Assembly: GCA_951406725.2 (NCBI GenBank)
Contig: OX597814.1
Coordinates: 124,310,001 to 124,374,000 of the forward strand
Length of the DNA: 64,000 bases
Source of the DNA: Octopus vulgaris
Taxonomy: Eukaryota
Direction of reading: 5' to 3'
A model generated the notes under the pieces. It made no database searches and was not told the origin of the DNA. It worked only from the letters and a program-made list of their open reading frames with translations. Below, piece by piece: positions 12,804 to 25,816 of this stretch; position 1 is the first letter of the stretch; each line of letters begins with the position of its first letter. Position numbers and translations under genes: made by a program.

Positions 12804-13058
12804 ACGATTGAAGATATACTATATAGAATTGTATAGATGATTGATATGCCACATGTTATTGTAGATGGTAGATAGACCTCATGTTTTTTTTTTATAACTG
12901 GCTGGTGTATATGTCACATAGATATGGAGAGAATGGTAGATATATACGAAATGGATAACATATAGATGGCGTATGTACCGCATGGATATCGTAAAGAACG
13001 TGGCTGTACTAGTATATAGCAGGTTTGGTTGGCGTATAGTTAAAATCAAGAAATAGTG

Positions 13059-13396
13059 CTGAGTGTTAAAAAGACAAGAAACAAGGTCTAGTGGCGTAGA
13101 AAGCTTTCTCAGTGCTCAGGGACAAAAACGTATTTTCCATCAGCACCTAAGTTAGCTAACATGATGGGCCAAAAGAAATTTATTTGCACCTTCAAACCTG
13201 AGCTCAAGATACTGCCCTTCTTGTCTTTCTACTGCTATATAACATTATAACAGTCCCTTAATTTTTTTTCAGCTTTTAAGGAGTATCGTGTGGAGTTGAA
13301 AATAAATCTGGCGTCATCAGCAAAAAATTCTGTGGGCTCTTTCAGTTGCTTAAAATTTTTAGGTACTGAAAATCCACAAGCGGTTGGTATCTTGAA
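13059..13396. repeat. 338-bp direct repeat, copy 1 (piece of decayed gypsy pol)
   Basis: About 5 differences from 15833-16169. Confidence 0.95.
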
Positions 13397-13439
13397 TATT
13401 GTATATATGACGGTAAATCTGTGTTATAAGCCAAGTTCA

Positions 13440-14470
13440 GATAGCATCGAAATCAGTTATCGTTTGCTGTCAACACGCAGAATATCATGTCACTACCGTC
13501 TCAGGCTTTCTTGAGCTGTTTTTTTTTATACATTCACTTTAAGTCTGTCCAATTCCTGATACTATCCATCCACATAATTTTTGATTTTCTTCTTCCACTT
13601 TTTTTCTATTCACTTTACCTTCTATTAACAGTCTGTAAATCATTTTCCTAATTAAGTGTTTAAAATATTTTCCCTCGTTGATTATGAAAAAAATTCCAAG
13701 TTTATTTATTTTTTTGTCATTCTTAATACTTTATTGCTGGTTTTTACATTCTGTTCACGATATTCTCAAAAGTCTTCTACACCTCAAAGGTTTCCAAACT
13801 ATTTGATAATGGTTTTGTTAATGCTCACGTTTCTGATTTATATAATAGAGCGGGATGTAAAAAAAAAAAAAATAATAATCATTTTCTGGTTTCGCTATTA
13901 ATATTTCTTGAATATAATGTGTTTGATATTCTTTCAAACTACTTTCTCGCTTTCTAGCTATCTTAATCCTTCTTTTAATCTTTCCTTTAAATTTCTCGTT
14001 TTCTGATTCCCTAAATCCCAGGTATGTTATTATCTTCAGTGTCTGTTCAATTGGTTTTCACTCAATTGCAATATTTATTTTAGGCAACTGTTGTTTCTTG
14101 CTGATTACAATTGATTTTATTTTCTTTACATTTAGTTCCATTCCACAGGGCATTTCTTTGTCATTTACTGAGGTTACGAGGTTCTGTAGGTAATCTCTGT
14201 TGAAAGTTAATGAGGTACTATCATCTGCGAATTCGAAGTTGTTGATGTTCATATGTCCTATTGACATTCCTAGCATGTCTCCCACTTCTTTGGAGGTTTT
14301 CTAAGTGTTTTAGTTAAATAGGCTACAGGATAGTACACAACCATGTTTGAATCTTAATTTCATTTCTTAATTTTAAATTCTGAAGTGTTCCTCTCTTGAT
14401 TAAATCTGCGGTATGATAGGGTACAAAAGTACTACATCTCACGAACAAATACCATTTACTCCAAATGTAA
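13440..14470 (-). mobile_element. RTE-clade LINE reverse transcriptase fragment, decayed
   Basis: NINNFEFADDSTSL...GMELNVKKIKSIVISK...TYLG. Confidence 0.8.
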
Positions 14471-14945
14471 AAAAGGCTTTTGCCGACTTCCACCACGTGT
14501 CCATAAGGTCCCTTATGTTTCTAAACAACCACGAAGACTGTTTCCATACACGGAGAAGGACAGCAACAATGACAATATACAGAATATTTGAAGTAAACAT
14601 TAAAATGTTAGGAACGACAATAGCATTGTTTCATCTGTGTAATGTCAAATGAAAGGAATAGTAATAGTTCAAGTGAGGATGTAGAATATCTGTTGGAAAC
14701 TTAAATAGAATTTATTGATTAACGATATTTGAATTGAGAGGAATGTCAATAACCATCTGTTATACTTTGATCATCTAATCTCACGTCCACTTGTGCTTGC
14801 AGGTGGATTTTCCTGGTTAGGAAGAATTTCGGTCAACTTAAAGGAATGTCGTCCTTTCTCAGTTGTTTCTTCGTATTGTAAACTTTCTATTATGGTTTCG
14901 GTTCTGTTGACGTGAAGTTCGGTATAATATCTGTAATGAAGAGAA

Positions 14946-15650
14946 TTGTTCCATCAGTTATTGGCGTATATGGAACGAAATAACGAGTTGAAACTGTTTC
15001 ACCGTTTTAACAACAACAAACTTCCTGTGAGCGATGAAAAGTGGAACGGCTATTGGAAGGTGACTGCAGATTTACCAGGATGCCAAGGACTCTTTCTCAT
15101 CCCAGTTACGAAAAAAACGGACATTTTAATGTGGTGTGAAGGAAAGAAAGTTGTGAATCTAGTCGAGTTAACGGTTCCTCATGAAGATAACATAGACGCC
15201 GCTTGGGCTCGAAAGACTGACCGTTGTGTAAACCTCCTCGAGGAATGTGAAGACGCAGGCTGGAAAGCGGAGCATTTTCCAATCGAAGTCGTATGTAGAG
15301 GGTTTGTTGGACACAGTGTGAGACGACTGTTGTTACCGTTGGACCTCACCGATCGTAAAGTAAATATCACCATGACCGATATCCAAACCACAGTGGAGGA
15401 GGCTAGCCACTGGATTTGGTAAAAAAGAGATGATGAGCGATGGCAAGGAGAATATTGAGCTGTATTTAATAACCAGTTGATCTAGCAATCGGGGCCTCAT
15501 ATCAGTGAGGGGGCCGGTGCGCATTGATGCCGTCGAGAGGTAGGCCCCGAAACGGCGCGCATTCTCTCCTGATAACTCCATACACTTGCTGGCTTCCGAT
15601 ATGCAGAGCCCTCGACTGGTAGCACTTGCATGTACAAATTGTTTGCAAAA
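14946..15650 (+). mobile_element. HERO-like (RLE) non-LTR retrotransposon 3' end with structured 3' UTR
   Basis: WKVTADL...KTDILMW...LVELTVPHEDNI...PIEVVCRGFVG...VEEASHWIW. Confidence 0.88.
15507..15578 (+). ncRNA. Rearranged hammerhead-like motif (G8 mutated to A)
   Basis: gag|ggggcc ... gccg-TC-gagag ... ggcccc-GAAA-cggc ... ctctc-CTGATAA-ctc. Confidence 0.6.
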
Positions 15651-15832
15651 CATCCTGGTGACAGAACTGATCATTGGTGATCTTGGGATCAGAAATATTT
15701 TTCGCGGTAACACACCCGGATAGCATGTCTGCTAACTTGTCCACAAAATCGAGATGGTATATTACAATGAATTTATAGTCTGTTAACTCGTTTCTATATC
15801 GATAGACGTTCAATTTTGATTTCAGATAATCT

Positions 15833-17570
15833 CTGAGTGTTAAAAAGACAAGAAACAAGGTCTAGTGGCGTAGAAAGCTTTCTCAGTGCTCAGGGACAAA
15901 AACGTATTTGCCATCAGCACCTAAGTTAGCTAACATGATGGGCCAAAAGAAATTTATTTGCACCTTCAAACCTGAGCTCAAGATACTGCCCTTCTTGTCT
16001 TTCTACTGCTATATAACATTATAACAGTCCCTTAATTTTTTTCAGCTTTTAAGGAGTATCGTGTAGAGTTGAAAATAAATCTGGCGTCATCAGCAAAAAA
16101 TTCTGTGGGCTCGTTCAGTTGCTTAAAATCTTTAGGTACTGAAAATCCACAAGCGGTTGGTATCTTGAAGAACCAATTCTTATTCTACTATTTTCAAATA
16201 TTTGTTTGCAAAGGGAACTGGATATCTGCGATATTTATATTTTCCTTTGTTGAACTTCATTCCGAATTTGTTTTTGAATCTTTGATAAAATTGCATTGGT
16301 TAGCGTAATATTTTCCTATGTTTTGACTGTAACTATATTAGCAACAAGATAAACGAAAGTTTGTAAGAGTTTTGTTTTTGGATTTGGTTTGCAAGATTCT
16401 TTATATGAGTTCGTGTGTTGAAGCATATTCTGTTGTGTCTGGAGAGAGTCATTTTCTTTTTGTGCCTATAAGGCACAAAAAGAAAATGACTTTTTGTGCT
16501 TTATTATGTAACACACTTACCGGTAAAATTTCCACTTTTTTCTTATTTTTATTTTCCTAAAATTTTCGTTGCGTCTTGCAACCTTTTCAATAGTTAGAGT
16601 CAAAACTATTGAAAATGTTGCAAGACGCAACGAAAATTTAAGGAAAATAAAAATAAGAAAAAAGTGGAAATTTTACCGGTGAGTGTGTTACATAATAAGG
16701 CACAAAAAGAAAATAACTGTCCCCAGACACAACAGAATTGTAAGAGTTTATTTCTCAGAAAGACCACATCAAGAATTTTCTGAGATTTGGGCAGAATTAG
16801 TGAAATCAAAGACGAAGCGGTTAAATTTGTAATGCTAACCATTTCCTCAGAGGCCATGAGGCAGTAGTCTGCAGGACAAATAGGAACTTTTTATGATGCA
16901 TACTGTTAACTCATTTCACAAAAGAGATTGTTTACAACGACTTTGATAAGCAGTGTGTCGATATTAGAGGAAGGATATGCATGAACTTTAGGATACTCGT
17001 AAATGATTATCATGTTAAAATAATAGATTACTACTTGAGTTTGGGTCCTCTTACCGTATTTGTCACAAAACATTGCCATCTGTAAATAGTCCTGCTTTCT
17101 GGAGTAATACTGTTCGAGGGGCCGTCTTGACAGATTTGTGAGAGGCTTTAGTTTTGAAATATTTACTCCAGGAAACAGCTCATATGATGTACTTTTCAAA
17201 GTAGACAGGGTCATGTATAAAGTTAATAAAGCAAGTTTATCCACCCCAGTTTTATGTTTATTGGAGTGTTACTGTATTAGATCCATTCCAATAATGAGTT
17301 GGGGAACGAGAAAATGGACAAAAGGAAAATTTACGTCTCAGTGAATTTTAGCGTAGAGTTTAATAATAGTATTGATCTGACTTATTTTGCGAGAGTAATA
17401 GTTTTATGAGTAGCATTATTGCATTAGCTGTTGCTGTCATCCAGAATGTGTTTTTTAAATGAAGGTGTTATCTGAACCAGTATCAATTAATACTTTGACC
17501 ATTTAGTTATTGATAGAAGCATCAATTAAATGGCTTCCTTCAGGTACAGATGCATGAGTACTTGACAGCA
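15833..17570 (-). mobile_element. Ty3/gypsy pol relic (protease, RT, possible integrase piece), heavily decayed
   Basis: VKVLIDTGSDNTF and IIGMDL (aspartic protease); HAYPSSNIDTLL, TFVYLVAN (YLDN position) and FFADDARFI (RT thumb). Confidence 0.75.
16373..16737. mobile_element. Palindromic retro-insertion with a 12-bp TSD inside the gypsy relic
   Basis: TSD ttgtaagagttt at 16361-16372 and 16738-16749. Arms at 16491-16595 / 16604-16710. Homologous to 1095-1287. Confidence 0.88.
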
Positions 17571-17865
17571 TGGTGTCCTTTTCACTATTCTCTTGGTATG
17601 CGGACGGTAATGGTCGATCATAAAATGTGCGTACGCTTAGATTTCAAGAGTTCCTTGCTTCAACAGAGCATCGCCAATTTTCGGTGGCTGTCGCTTTGCA
17701 GAGCTCTTCGATAGAACGGCAACGGCTATTACCACAGAGAGTCTTGTTTCAACAATGTTTCCATAGCCCCTCTACATAAAGACTCTCTCCCCACACCTCA
17801 ACTGACCATCACTGGCTCTTACCTCACAGAGACTCTTAACAGAACAGCAAGGGTAATGGCCTTAA

Positions 17866-18105
17866 GGCGGCGAGCTGGCAGAAACGTTAGCACGCCGGGC
17901 GAAATGCTTTGCGGTTTTTCGTCTGCCGTTACGTTCTGAGTTCAAATTCCGCCGAGGTCGACTTTGCCTTTCATCCTTTCGGGTCGATAAATTAAGTACC
18001 ATTTATGCACTGGGGTCGATGTAATCGACTTAATCCTTTTGTCTGTCCTTGTTTGTCCCCTTTACGTTGAGCCCCTTGTGGGCAATAAGGAAAAAAAAAT
18101 GAAAT
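17866..18105 (+). mobile_element. SINE family B (Nin-like domain), full length
   Basis: ggcggcgagctggcagaaacgttag...gagttcaaattcc...gcctttcatcctttcg. 15-bp TSD aagggtaatggcctt at 17849-17863 and 18106-18120. Confidence 0.93.
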
Positions 18106-19854
18106 AAGGGTAATGGCCTTCGACACATAGACACCTTCACTTCACAATTTCCAGATCAAAAAATTGAGTGTTTGAATCTCATCGCGGCCAGCAATTGTGG
18201 GAAATAATATTCCACAAGTAGTGTAGACATTGTCCAGTTTTGGTGGGTAGTGTAATTAAAAAAATATATATACAACTGCAATGAAATAGCGATAAAACAG
18301 TAATGAGATAGCACCGTGTTCTTATAACAGTAGTTACGATACAGCTTTGAAAATGGATAACAACTCAAGCTAAGAAAAATAAGTTTTACAGAAATATGTT
18401 TGTAAAGTCAGTTAGGTAATTTATGTGTTATAGAAAATATATTATCGATGACTGTTTATGAACCAAAGTTTTTTTTCTTTGAGTATCATACTAGTTAGAA
18501 TGAATAAGTTAGTAATATGATGAAAAAGGCAACAGAAAATAAGCGATTTTTTTTACGAGAACTGCAGAAAATGAGATATTACAAACTATTATTTTTTCAC
18601 TTTAAACGTGTCCAATATTTTAGACGAGAAGAGAAAAAAATTCTGTACGAAGAAGAATACAGCAGTTCCCGTGATACTCATAAACTGACCAAAGAATGTT
18701 TTGCTCGTTATTGCACTTGAAGCTGAAAATGGCTTGTGGTTATTAAAGCTGTTACATCACATAAAAATGGTTCAATATTTAGTATTGCTGTTTTTATTAT
18801 ATTCTGCTTAGAAAGAGAGAGGTAAGTGACGGTGTACGAAACTTACCGAGGAGGGGCATTTGTAAAGCAAGAGCTGTTGTCATTCTGTCTAAGCGAGAAT
18901 GTGTGAGACTAGAACCACCGAGAGGAGGTGATCTTTTTTCCGAGTGAGTCAAAGAGTTTTGTGGGGTGAGAGCCATCAAAGCAGGGTCTCTCAGTGTCGG
19001 TAATCATTGTCAGTCTGTCAGTCTGTCAGGCAAGAACTGATGATGTTCTGTCGAAGGGCCCTATGCAGAGAGAGCTGGTGACGTTCTGTTGAGCTGAGAG
19101 AATGTGGAAAGCTAACTATGCTCTTTCCTTTATAATAGTATAATTAATTGATGTCCGCCTTCTATAGTTCGTTGTTTGACAAATTTATTCTTGAATAATC
19201 ATGAATGCTGTCGCATATAAAGAATTCACTGGTTCAATCTGAACGATGGTTTGTCACTAGCAACCAAATACTTCAGAAGAACGTAAGTTTTGTGGCAGAT
19301 CAATTTCGAAGGAATGCTGTCGCTACACTTAGCGGTTTACAACCAAGGTCTATTTAAAAAATGAATGCTGTCGCTCCCGTTGCTTTCCACAAAATAGTTT
19401 TCTTTAAAATTTTAAAGACTGTCAGCAACTGAACGTTAATGTGAAGGAAAGAGTGAAAATTAATCGTTATAAATCAAATCCTTGAAAAGACCACGTGCAT
19501 TGCCCTTCCTGCTCTAAGTCATTAAGAATAAATGTCACATAGATGAAATTATTGGTATTTTATTAGCCTTTCGTTTCACTGGTAATAAAATATAATAGGG
19601 TATGTCTATAGATTTATTAGCCAACACTATGTGCTGTGATGATTGTAAAGAATACGTCTCTACAATACATTCATGCCTGGCGACATTTGTCACAAGAACA
19701 GAAACTTTCGTACAACTTTTCTCTCTTTCTCCCCCAAGATGTATTGTTTACGATAGTCGTAACACATAGTGTCAGTTAATAAGTCCGTCCTGTAGTGCAC
19801 TACAAGGCATTGGTCAGCCCTAGGAAATTGTAGGAAGCACAAAAAGCATAGATA

Positions 19855-20678
19855 CTAAAGGCACAAGGCCTGAAATTTTGGAGGAAGGAACTAGTCGATA
19901 ACAATCCACTCCAGTATTTCACTGGTACTTATTTTATTGACCTCGAAAGGATCAAAGGCAAAGTCAACCTCGGCGGAATTTGAACTCAGAACGTAGCGAC
20001 TAGCGAAATACCACTCAGCATTTCACTCAGCGTACTAACGTTTCTTATTTCTTTATTGCCCACAAGGGGCTAAACACAGAGGGGACAAACAAGGACAGAC
20101 AAAGGAATTAAGTCGATTACATCGACCCCAGTGTGTAACTGGTACTTATTTAATCGACCCCGAAAGGATGAAAGGCAAAGTCGACCTCGGCGGAATTTGA
20201 ACTCAGAACGTTACTGAAGACGAAATATCTATTTCTTTACTATCCACAAGGGGCTAAACACAGAAAGGACAAACAAGGACAGACAAATGGATTAAGTCGA
20301 TTATATCGACCCCAGTGCGTAACTGGTACTTATTTAATCGACCCCGAAAGGATGAAAAGCAAAGTCGAGCTCGGCGGAATTTGAACTCAGAACGTAGTGG
20401 CAGACGAAATACACTACGCATTTCGCTTGGCGTGCAAACGTTTCTTATTTCTTTATTGCCCACAAGGGGCTAAACATAGAGGGGACAAACAAGGGCAGAC
20501 AAAGGGATTAAGTCGATTACATCGACCCCAGTGCATGCACTGGTACTTATTTTATTGACCTCGAAAGGATCAAAGGCAAAGTCAACCTCGGCGGAATTTG
20601 AACTCAGAACATAATGGCAGACGAAATACAGCTAAGTATTTCGCCCAGCGCGCTAACGTTTCTGCCAGCTCGCCGCCT
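19855..20678 (-). mobile_element. Tandem array of four SINE family B units
   Basis: Four copies of cctcggcggaatttgaactcagaac (one reads gctcgg) with a single intact head at 20678. Confidence 0.92.
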
Positions 20679-21663
20679 TGGCACGTGCCAAAAATGTCAA
20701 CACGATGATTGAACCCGAAACCACGTGACTTTGAAGATAACTTCTTTATGATGCGATCATGTCTGCACTCACACCAGAAAAAAAAATTAATAAAACGACA
20801 GGATAGTGTCACGATCAGAATGCCTAGTTCATAAGCTTGCTCGATCAAGAGTCACGTGACAACTGAACAACAACAACAACAGCAACAACAACGATTAATG
20901 GTAACCAACAGCACAATTAAGTTCTCTTGAATAGTTCAGATAGCAATCCAACAAAACGCTGTTAACACACCGGTAGCTTAAAGCTTTAGCTAGCTGCCAA
21001 CAGTGCGTAACTGCATTTTCCTCTTTTTTCTGTCCTTTAATATATTGCACAGACGTATAGCTTACGATCATCGGATAATAAATCTATAGATATATTCTAA
21101 AATACATAATAGCACATAGATACATGGCTGTCGTATCTATTATGTATATGTGGCATATTCACATAGATATTTTAGATATTCCATATATTGTATAGATGGT
21201 GGATATAGATATTGGATATGCCACATTGATATTGCATAAATATTAGATATACCATATAAATATAATATATAGATGTTGCATATTGTATAGACGATGGGTA
21301 TAACACGTGGATATTGTACAGGTGCTGATTAAAAGAACGGATACGCCATGTCAATATTGAATACGAGCAAAACGTCCCCCCCTCCAATTGATGGTGCTGA
21401 GTTGTCAAACATTTAAACCAAATTTTCTCAAAACAACTTATCCGACCGTCCCATAGCCCCACGTTTGAGAAACACTGATTTAACCTAAATATGAGACACC
21501 AGCAAAAAAAAAAAAAAATAAATAAATATAGACTTTTTTCTATTCCAAAAGAAAAACGATTTTATTCACACAAATATGCAACCGAAGAGTTTAAAGTACC
21601 AGTAATGATAAGGCTGTTGACTGGGAGAACGCAAACATGGTAAATCATTTATTAGCAAGAAAT

Positions 21664-23262
21664 CAGTAGGGGAGACCGGGGCAAGTTGACACATTTTCTC
21701 TAGAGAAAATGCGAAACTACTTTCGGACGATTTAATGACATCATAGTAGTGCTGTTAGTATAAGTTTCCCCCTCATCTGATTTCGTCGCCGTTGTGAGAG
21801 TTTGTGTGCTACACGCGGACAACACTGGAATTTTCCACTTGGTAAGTTATTTTCGACATTTTTGATAATTAGTTATTTTGGATATTTTTTAAGACTGCAT
21901 TATGTGTATTAAGCCTTAAGGAGTTAGTAAAATATCTCTCACGACCCTATACAGATGGATTCTTGTGAAACCCTAGTGGTTTTCTCTCAGTGTTTACATT
22001 TACGAGGGAAATGGGGTCGGGGCAAGTTGACACATGTAAACAAGTGCACGTTGACACAGTGTGTCAACTTGCCCCGGCCTGTGATAAAGTTGTTGTTGGT
22101 TGCTTATATTGATTCACAGACTGCATCTATCCCATGTTAACTAAGAGTGCTTGCTATTTGATTCATGTCTGGTACATTGGATCAATTCATTGAGTAATTT
22201 ATGTATTGCTTGCTATAGTTTTAGATTAGCTATCTTTATCTATACCAACCTATTCTATCTTCATACCACTACCTACTTAGTCAACAGCTTGTATACTGCC
22301 TCAGTCTTGTAACCTGTCCCACTGATATATAAGCAGAGCTTCGCTTTGCTTTCACTGTTGGATTATGCAATGAGCTAAATTGCTTTTTTTCTCCCCCCTC
22401 TCTCTCTCTACAATTGTCATGGTGCGACACTACAAACGCAAAAGCGAGAGGGCAACCCCTCCACAGGATGTAACCCAACAGGCTATTAAACAAGTCCGAG
22501 CTCGTGTCATCTCCTTGCGGGAAGCTTCGAGGACATTTGGCATCCCTTTAAAAACTCTGTCTCGCTACTGCACCAAGGCCGCTGAAGCAAACAACAACGA
22601 TCACAGTTTTAGTGAATACAAAAAAGCCACGGCAAGTTCTCACCGACGAGTTCGAGAATCAGTTAGAGGCTTATGTTTTGGCTGCCTCAGAAATTTACTA
22701 TAGGCTTGCTTCAAAGGATGTGCGGAAATTGGCTTTTCAGATGGCAAAGGCGCATGGATGTAATATCCCTCCAACCTGGCATGAGACAGAAATGGCAGGT
22801 GAAGACTGGTTCTTTGGATATCTTCAACGACACAAGAATTTATCCATAAGAAGTCCACAGGCAACAAGCTTGGCACGAACAACAAGGCAAATGTTGCTAT
22901 GTTTTTCAACCAACTTGATGAGGTGATGCTTCGGTATAAATTTGATCCACTCAATATCTACAATATGGATAAAACTGGCATAACAACCATGCAGCGACCC
23001 GATAGAATTATTGCCAGAAAAGGAACAAAGCAAGTGGGAAAAATGACAAGTGCGGTGAGGGGGAACTCTGGTCACATTGGCATGCTGTGTAAATGCCGCA
23101 GGAAACAGTATGCCACTGTTTTTTGTTTTTCCCCGGAAGAACTTTAGGCCACATTTCCTGAACAATGGATCATCAGGCAGCGATGGAGGTGCTAATCCAT
23201 CTGGTTGGATGTATGAGGAGCAGTTTGTGAAATTCCTTCAACACTTTGTGAGGTATGTGAAA
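21664..23262 (+). mobile_element. pogo/Tigger-like (HTH-psq, CENP-B, DDE_1) transposon, 3'-truncated and frameshifted
   Basis: Left end cagtaggggagaccggggcaagttgacaca, repeated at 22019 and inverted at 22059. ATG at 22419 MVRHYKRK; AGEDWFFGYLQRH, IYNMDKTG, SGWM. Putative 5' UTR intron (ggtaag at 21841). Confidence 0.9.
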
Positions 23263-23989
23263 TATTGTGTAGATAGTGGATATAACACATAGGTATTGTA
23301 TGGAAGGTGTATACACTATATGGATATTGTGCAGATGGTAGAAAGTGCCATATTCATTCACCAAATCAAGTCTCTATAGTCTTCTGATTGTAGAGACTTG
23401 ATCTGGTGATTTCTTTATATTTCAAAAGCTTTTATTTTGCATTTTTCACTTTGTTGGAGTTGCTAAATATTTAAGTATCTGTTATATATTAGGGATATAT
23501 ATAAAAATAGTGAGGAGAGAAGAAAATAATGTTTCTGACGCTGATAATGCTGTTTATGTAATTGTTAGCCAAGCGAGAAAGTATTAAAGATCAATAAAAG
23601 TATGGAAAGAGAGACTTTGAAGAATATTAAGAAACTGAGACAGACAACTTACCCTCATCACCTGACCTCACTCGAGAATTGGCAGCAAATCTACAATGCT
23701 ATTTGTATATTGGCTGCAAAAGAAAAAAAAAAAAAAGAAAATAAGAAAGAAAGCTTCTAATGGAACTCCACAAAAGAATTAAATGTTTCTTTTTTTCTTA
23801 CTAGAAATCAGACATCATGAAACTGTATCTGCTAAATACTGAAACATCGAAAATGTGAAACAGAAAACATGGTTATGATTATCTTCAATAATTGAGCAGC
23901 ACTTTCGCCTTTTGACTGTTTTAACCTTCAGTTTAATCCAATGTATATTTTGTAGAGGTTTTTCTTTAAATTCGGTAATTACACAATCA

Positions 23990-24054
23990 AACATACATAC
24001 ATACAAATATTACACACACACACACATATATATGCATGTATATGTGTATGTGTG

Positions 24055-24094
<40 letters not shown>

Positions 24095-24450
24095 TATATG
24101 CATGCATATATATATATGTATATATACATAATACATATATGCATGCATATATATATACAAATATATACATATATATATCCAGGCATATACATGTATACAT
24201 ACATATACATACACACACACATATATATGCATATATATAGATATATGTGAGTGTATATATATATATAAATATATGCCTTTATGTGTGTATGAATGTATTT
24301 ATGAATGCATGAATTTATATATATCTATGAATGAATGTATGTATGTATGCATGTATACACACATACACACATACACACATACATAAGGCATACATACATA
24401 TGAATACATACATACATGCATATATACAAACACACATACATACGTATGTA
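23990..24450. repeat. TA/CA-rich compound microsatellite
   Basis: Direct inspection. Confidence 0.95.
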
Positions 24451-24744
24451 AATTGCTCTATCTTAAAACTTCCTGATATTTTTGGCAGGCTTATGGTCAT
24501 TTCAAGTCAGATTACTTCCCCAACCTCATACCTATCTATAATTTGATTGTGTGGATCATGAAGTGGAATAATAGTAGAATCAAAATGACAGCAAACCGTG
24601 AAAGGTTTAGAGGTTCCCAGTGAGAGAACAGATGCCGTCCAAGCTCATTTGATGTAGGTGAGGCCTAAGCCTAAACCAACGATGCTGTAATTTTTCTGGT
24701 AATCCTAGGGACTTTGGTGCAGGTAAAAGCGTATATTTTCATCT

Positions 24745-25750
24745 TTTATAATTTACTTGCTTCAATCATTTGACTGCGGCTATGCTGGGGCTTCACACTG
24801 AAGGGTTTCAGTTAAAGAAATTGACCCCATTACTTATTATTCGAACGTTCTTTTTGCGGTACTGCTAAGTTACAGGGATATAAACACACCAATTTTGGTT
24901 GTCAAGCGGTGATGAGGAACAGGCACAGGACACACGCACGCACACACATACATACAACGGGCTTCTCCCAGTTTCCATCCACCAAATCTACTCACACGGT
25001 TATGGTCAGCTTGAGGCTATAGTAAGATACATAGGCGGCGAGCTGGCAGAAACGTTAGCGCGCCGGGCGAAATGCTTAGCGGTATTTCGTCTGTCGTTAC
25101 GTTCTGAGTTCAAATTCCGCCGAGGTCGACTTTGCCTTTCATCCTTTCGGGGTCGATAAATAAAGTACCAGTTTCGCACTGGGGGCGACGTAATCGACTT
25201 AATCCCTTTGTCTGTCCTTGTTTGTCCCCTCTATGTTTAGCCCGTTGTGGGCAGTAAAAAAATATATAGTAAGACACATGCCAAATCGCCGCGCATGGGA
25301 CTGAACCTGGATCCATATGGTTGAGCAAGAAATGTCTTACCACAAAACCACGCTTGCGCCTATTATTTAACTTTTATATTTACTTGTTTTAATCATTAGA
25401 CCGCAGCCATGTTGGAGCACTGCCTTGAAGTGTTTAGTCGAACAAATCGACGCTAGTAATTATGCTTTTGTAAAATTTAGTACTTATTTTGTTGGCTTCT
25501 TTTGCCGAAATACTAATTACGGGGCTGTAAACAAACTAACACCAGCTGTCAAGCGATGGAGAGAGTGAACAGCACAGAAACAAAGGCAGTACCCCCCCAC
25601 ACACACACGACGGGCTTACACACCGTTTTGGTCTACTAAATTCACTCAGATTGGTCAGCTCGGGACTATAGCAGAAGACACTTGACCAAGGTACCACATA
25701 GCAGGACTGAACCTGAAACCAGGTAGCTTGAAAGTACGCTTCTTATCCAT
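24745..25750 (-). mobile_element. Two older SINE family A copies in tandem
   Basis: Diverged homology to 3274-3698 (24745-25360 and 25375-25750). Confidence 0.8.
25034..25264 (+). mobile_element. SINE family B nested in SINE A
   Basis: TSD tatagtaaga(t/c)acat at 25018-25032 and 25265-25279. Confidence 0.92.
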
Positions 25751-25816
25751 GTGCAGTACATATATGCAGTATTAGTATGTATGTGTGTGTGTAGGTGAAT
25801 GTTTGTACAGTAATAC

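Noticed and set aside
13059-16169. The direct repeats as an LTR pair; FADD as a LINE RT motif
   Set aside because: There are no TG..CA ends, PBS or PPT, and context places FFADDARF in the gypsy RT thumb.
18821-18895. Possible fourth rearranged hammerhead (ggtaag..GAAA-cttacc)
   Set aside because: The site is UG and no CUGANGA strand is found.
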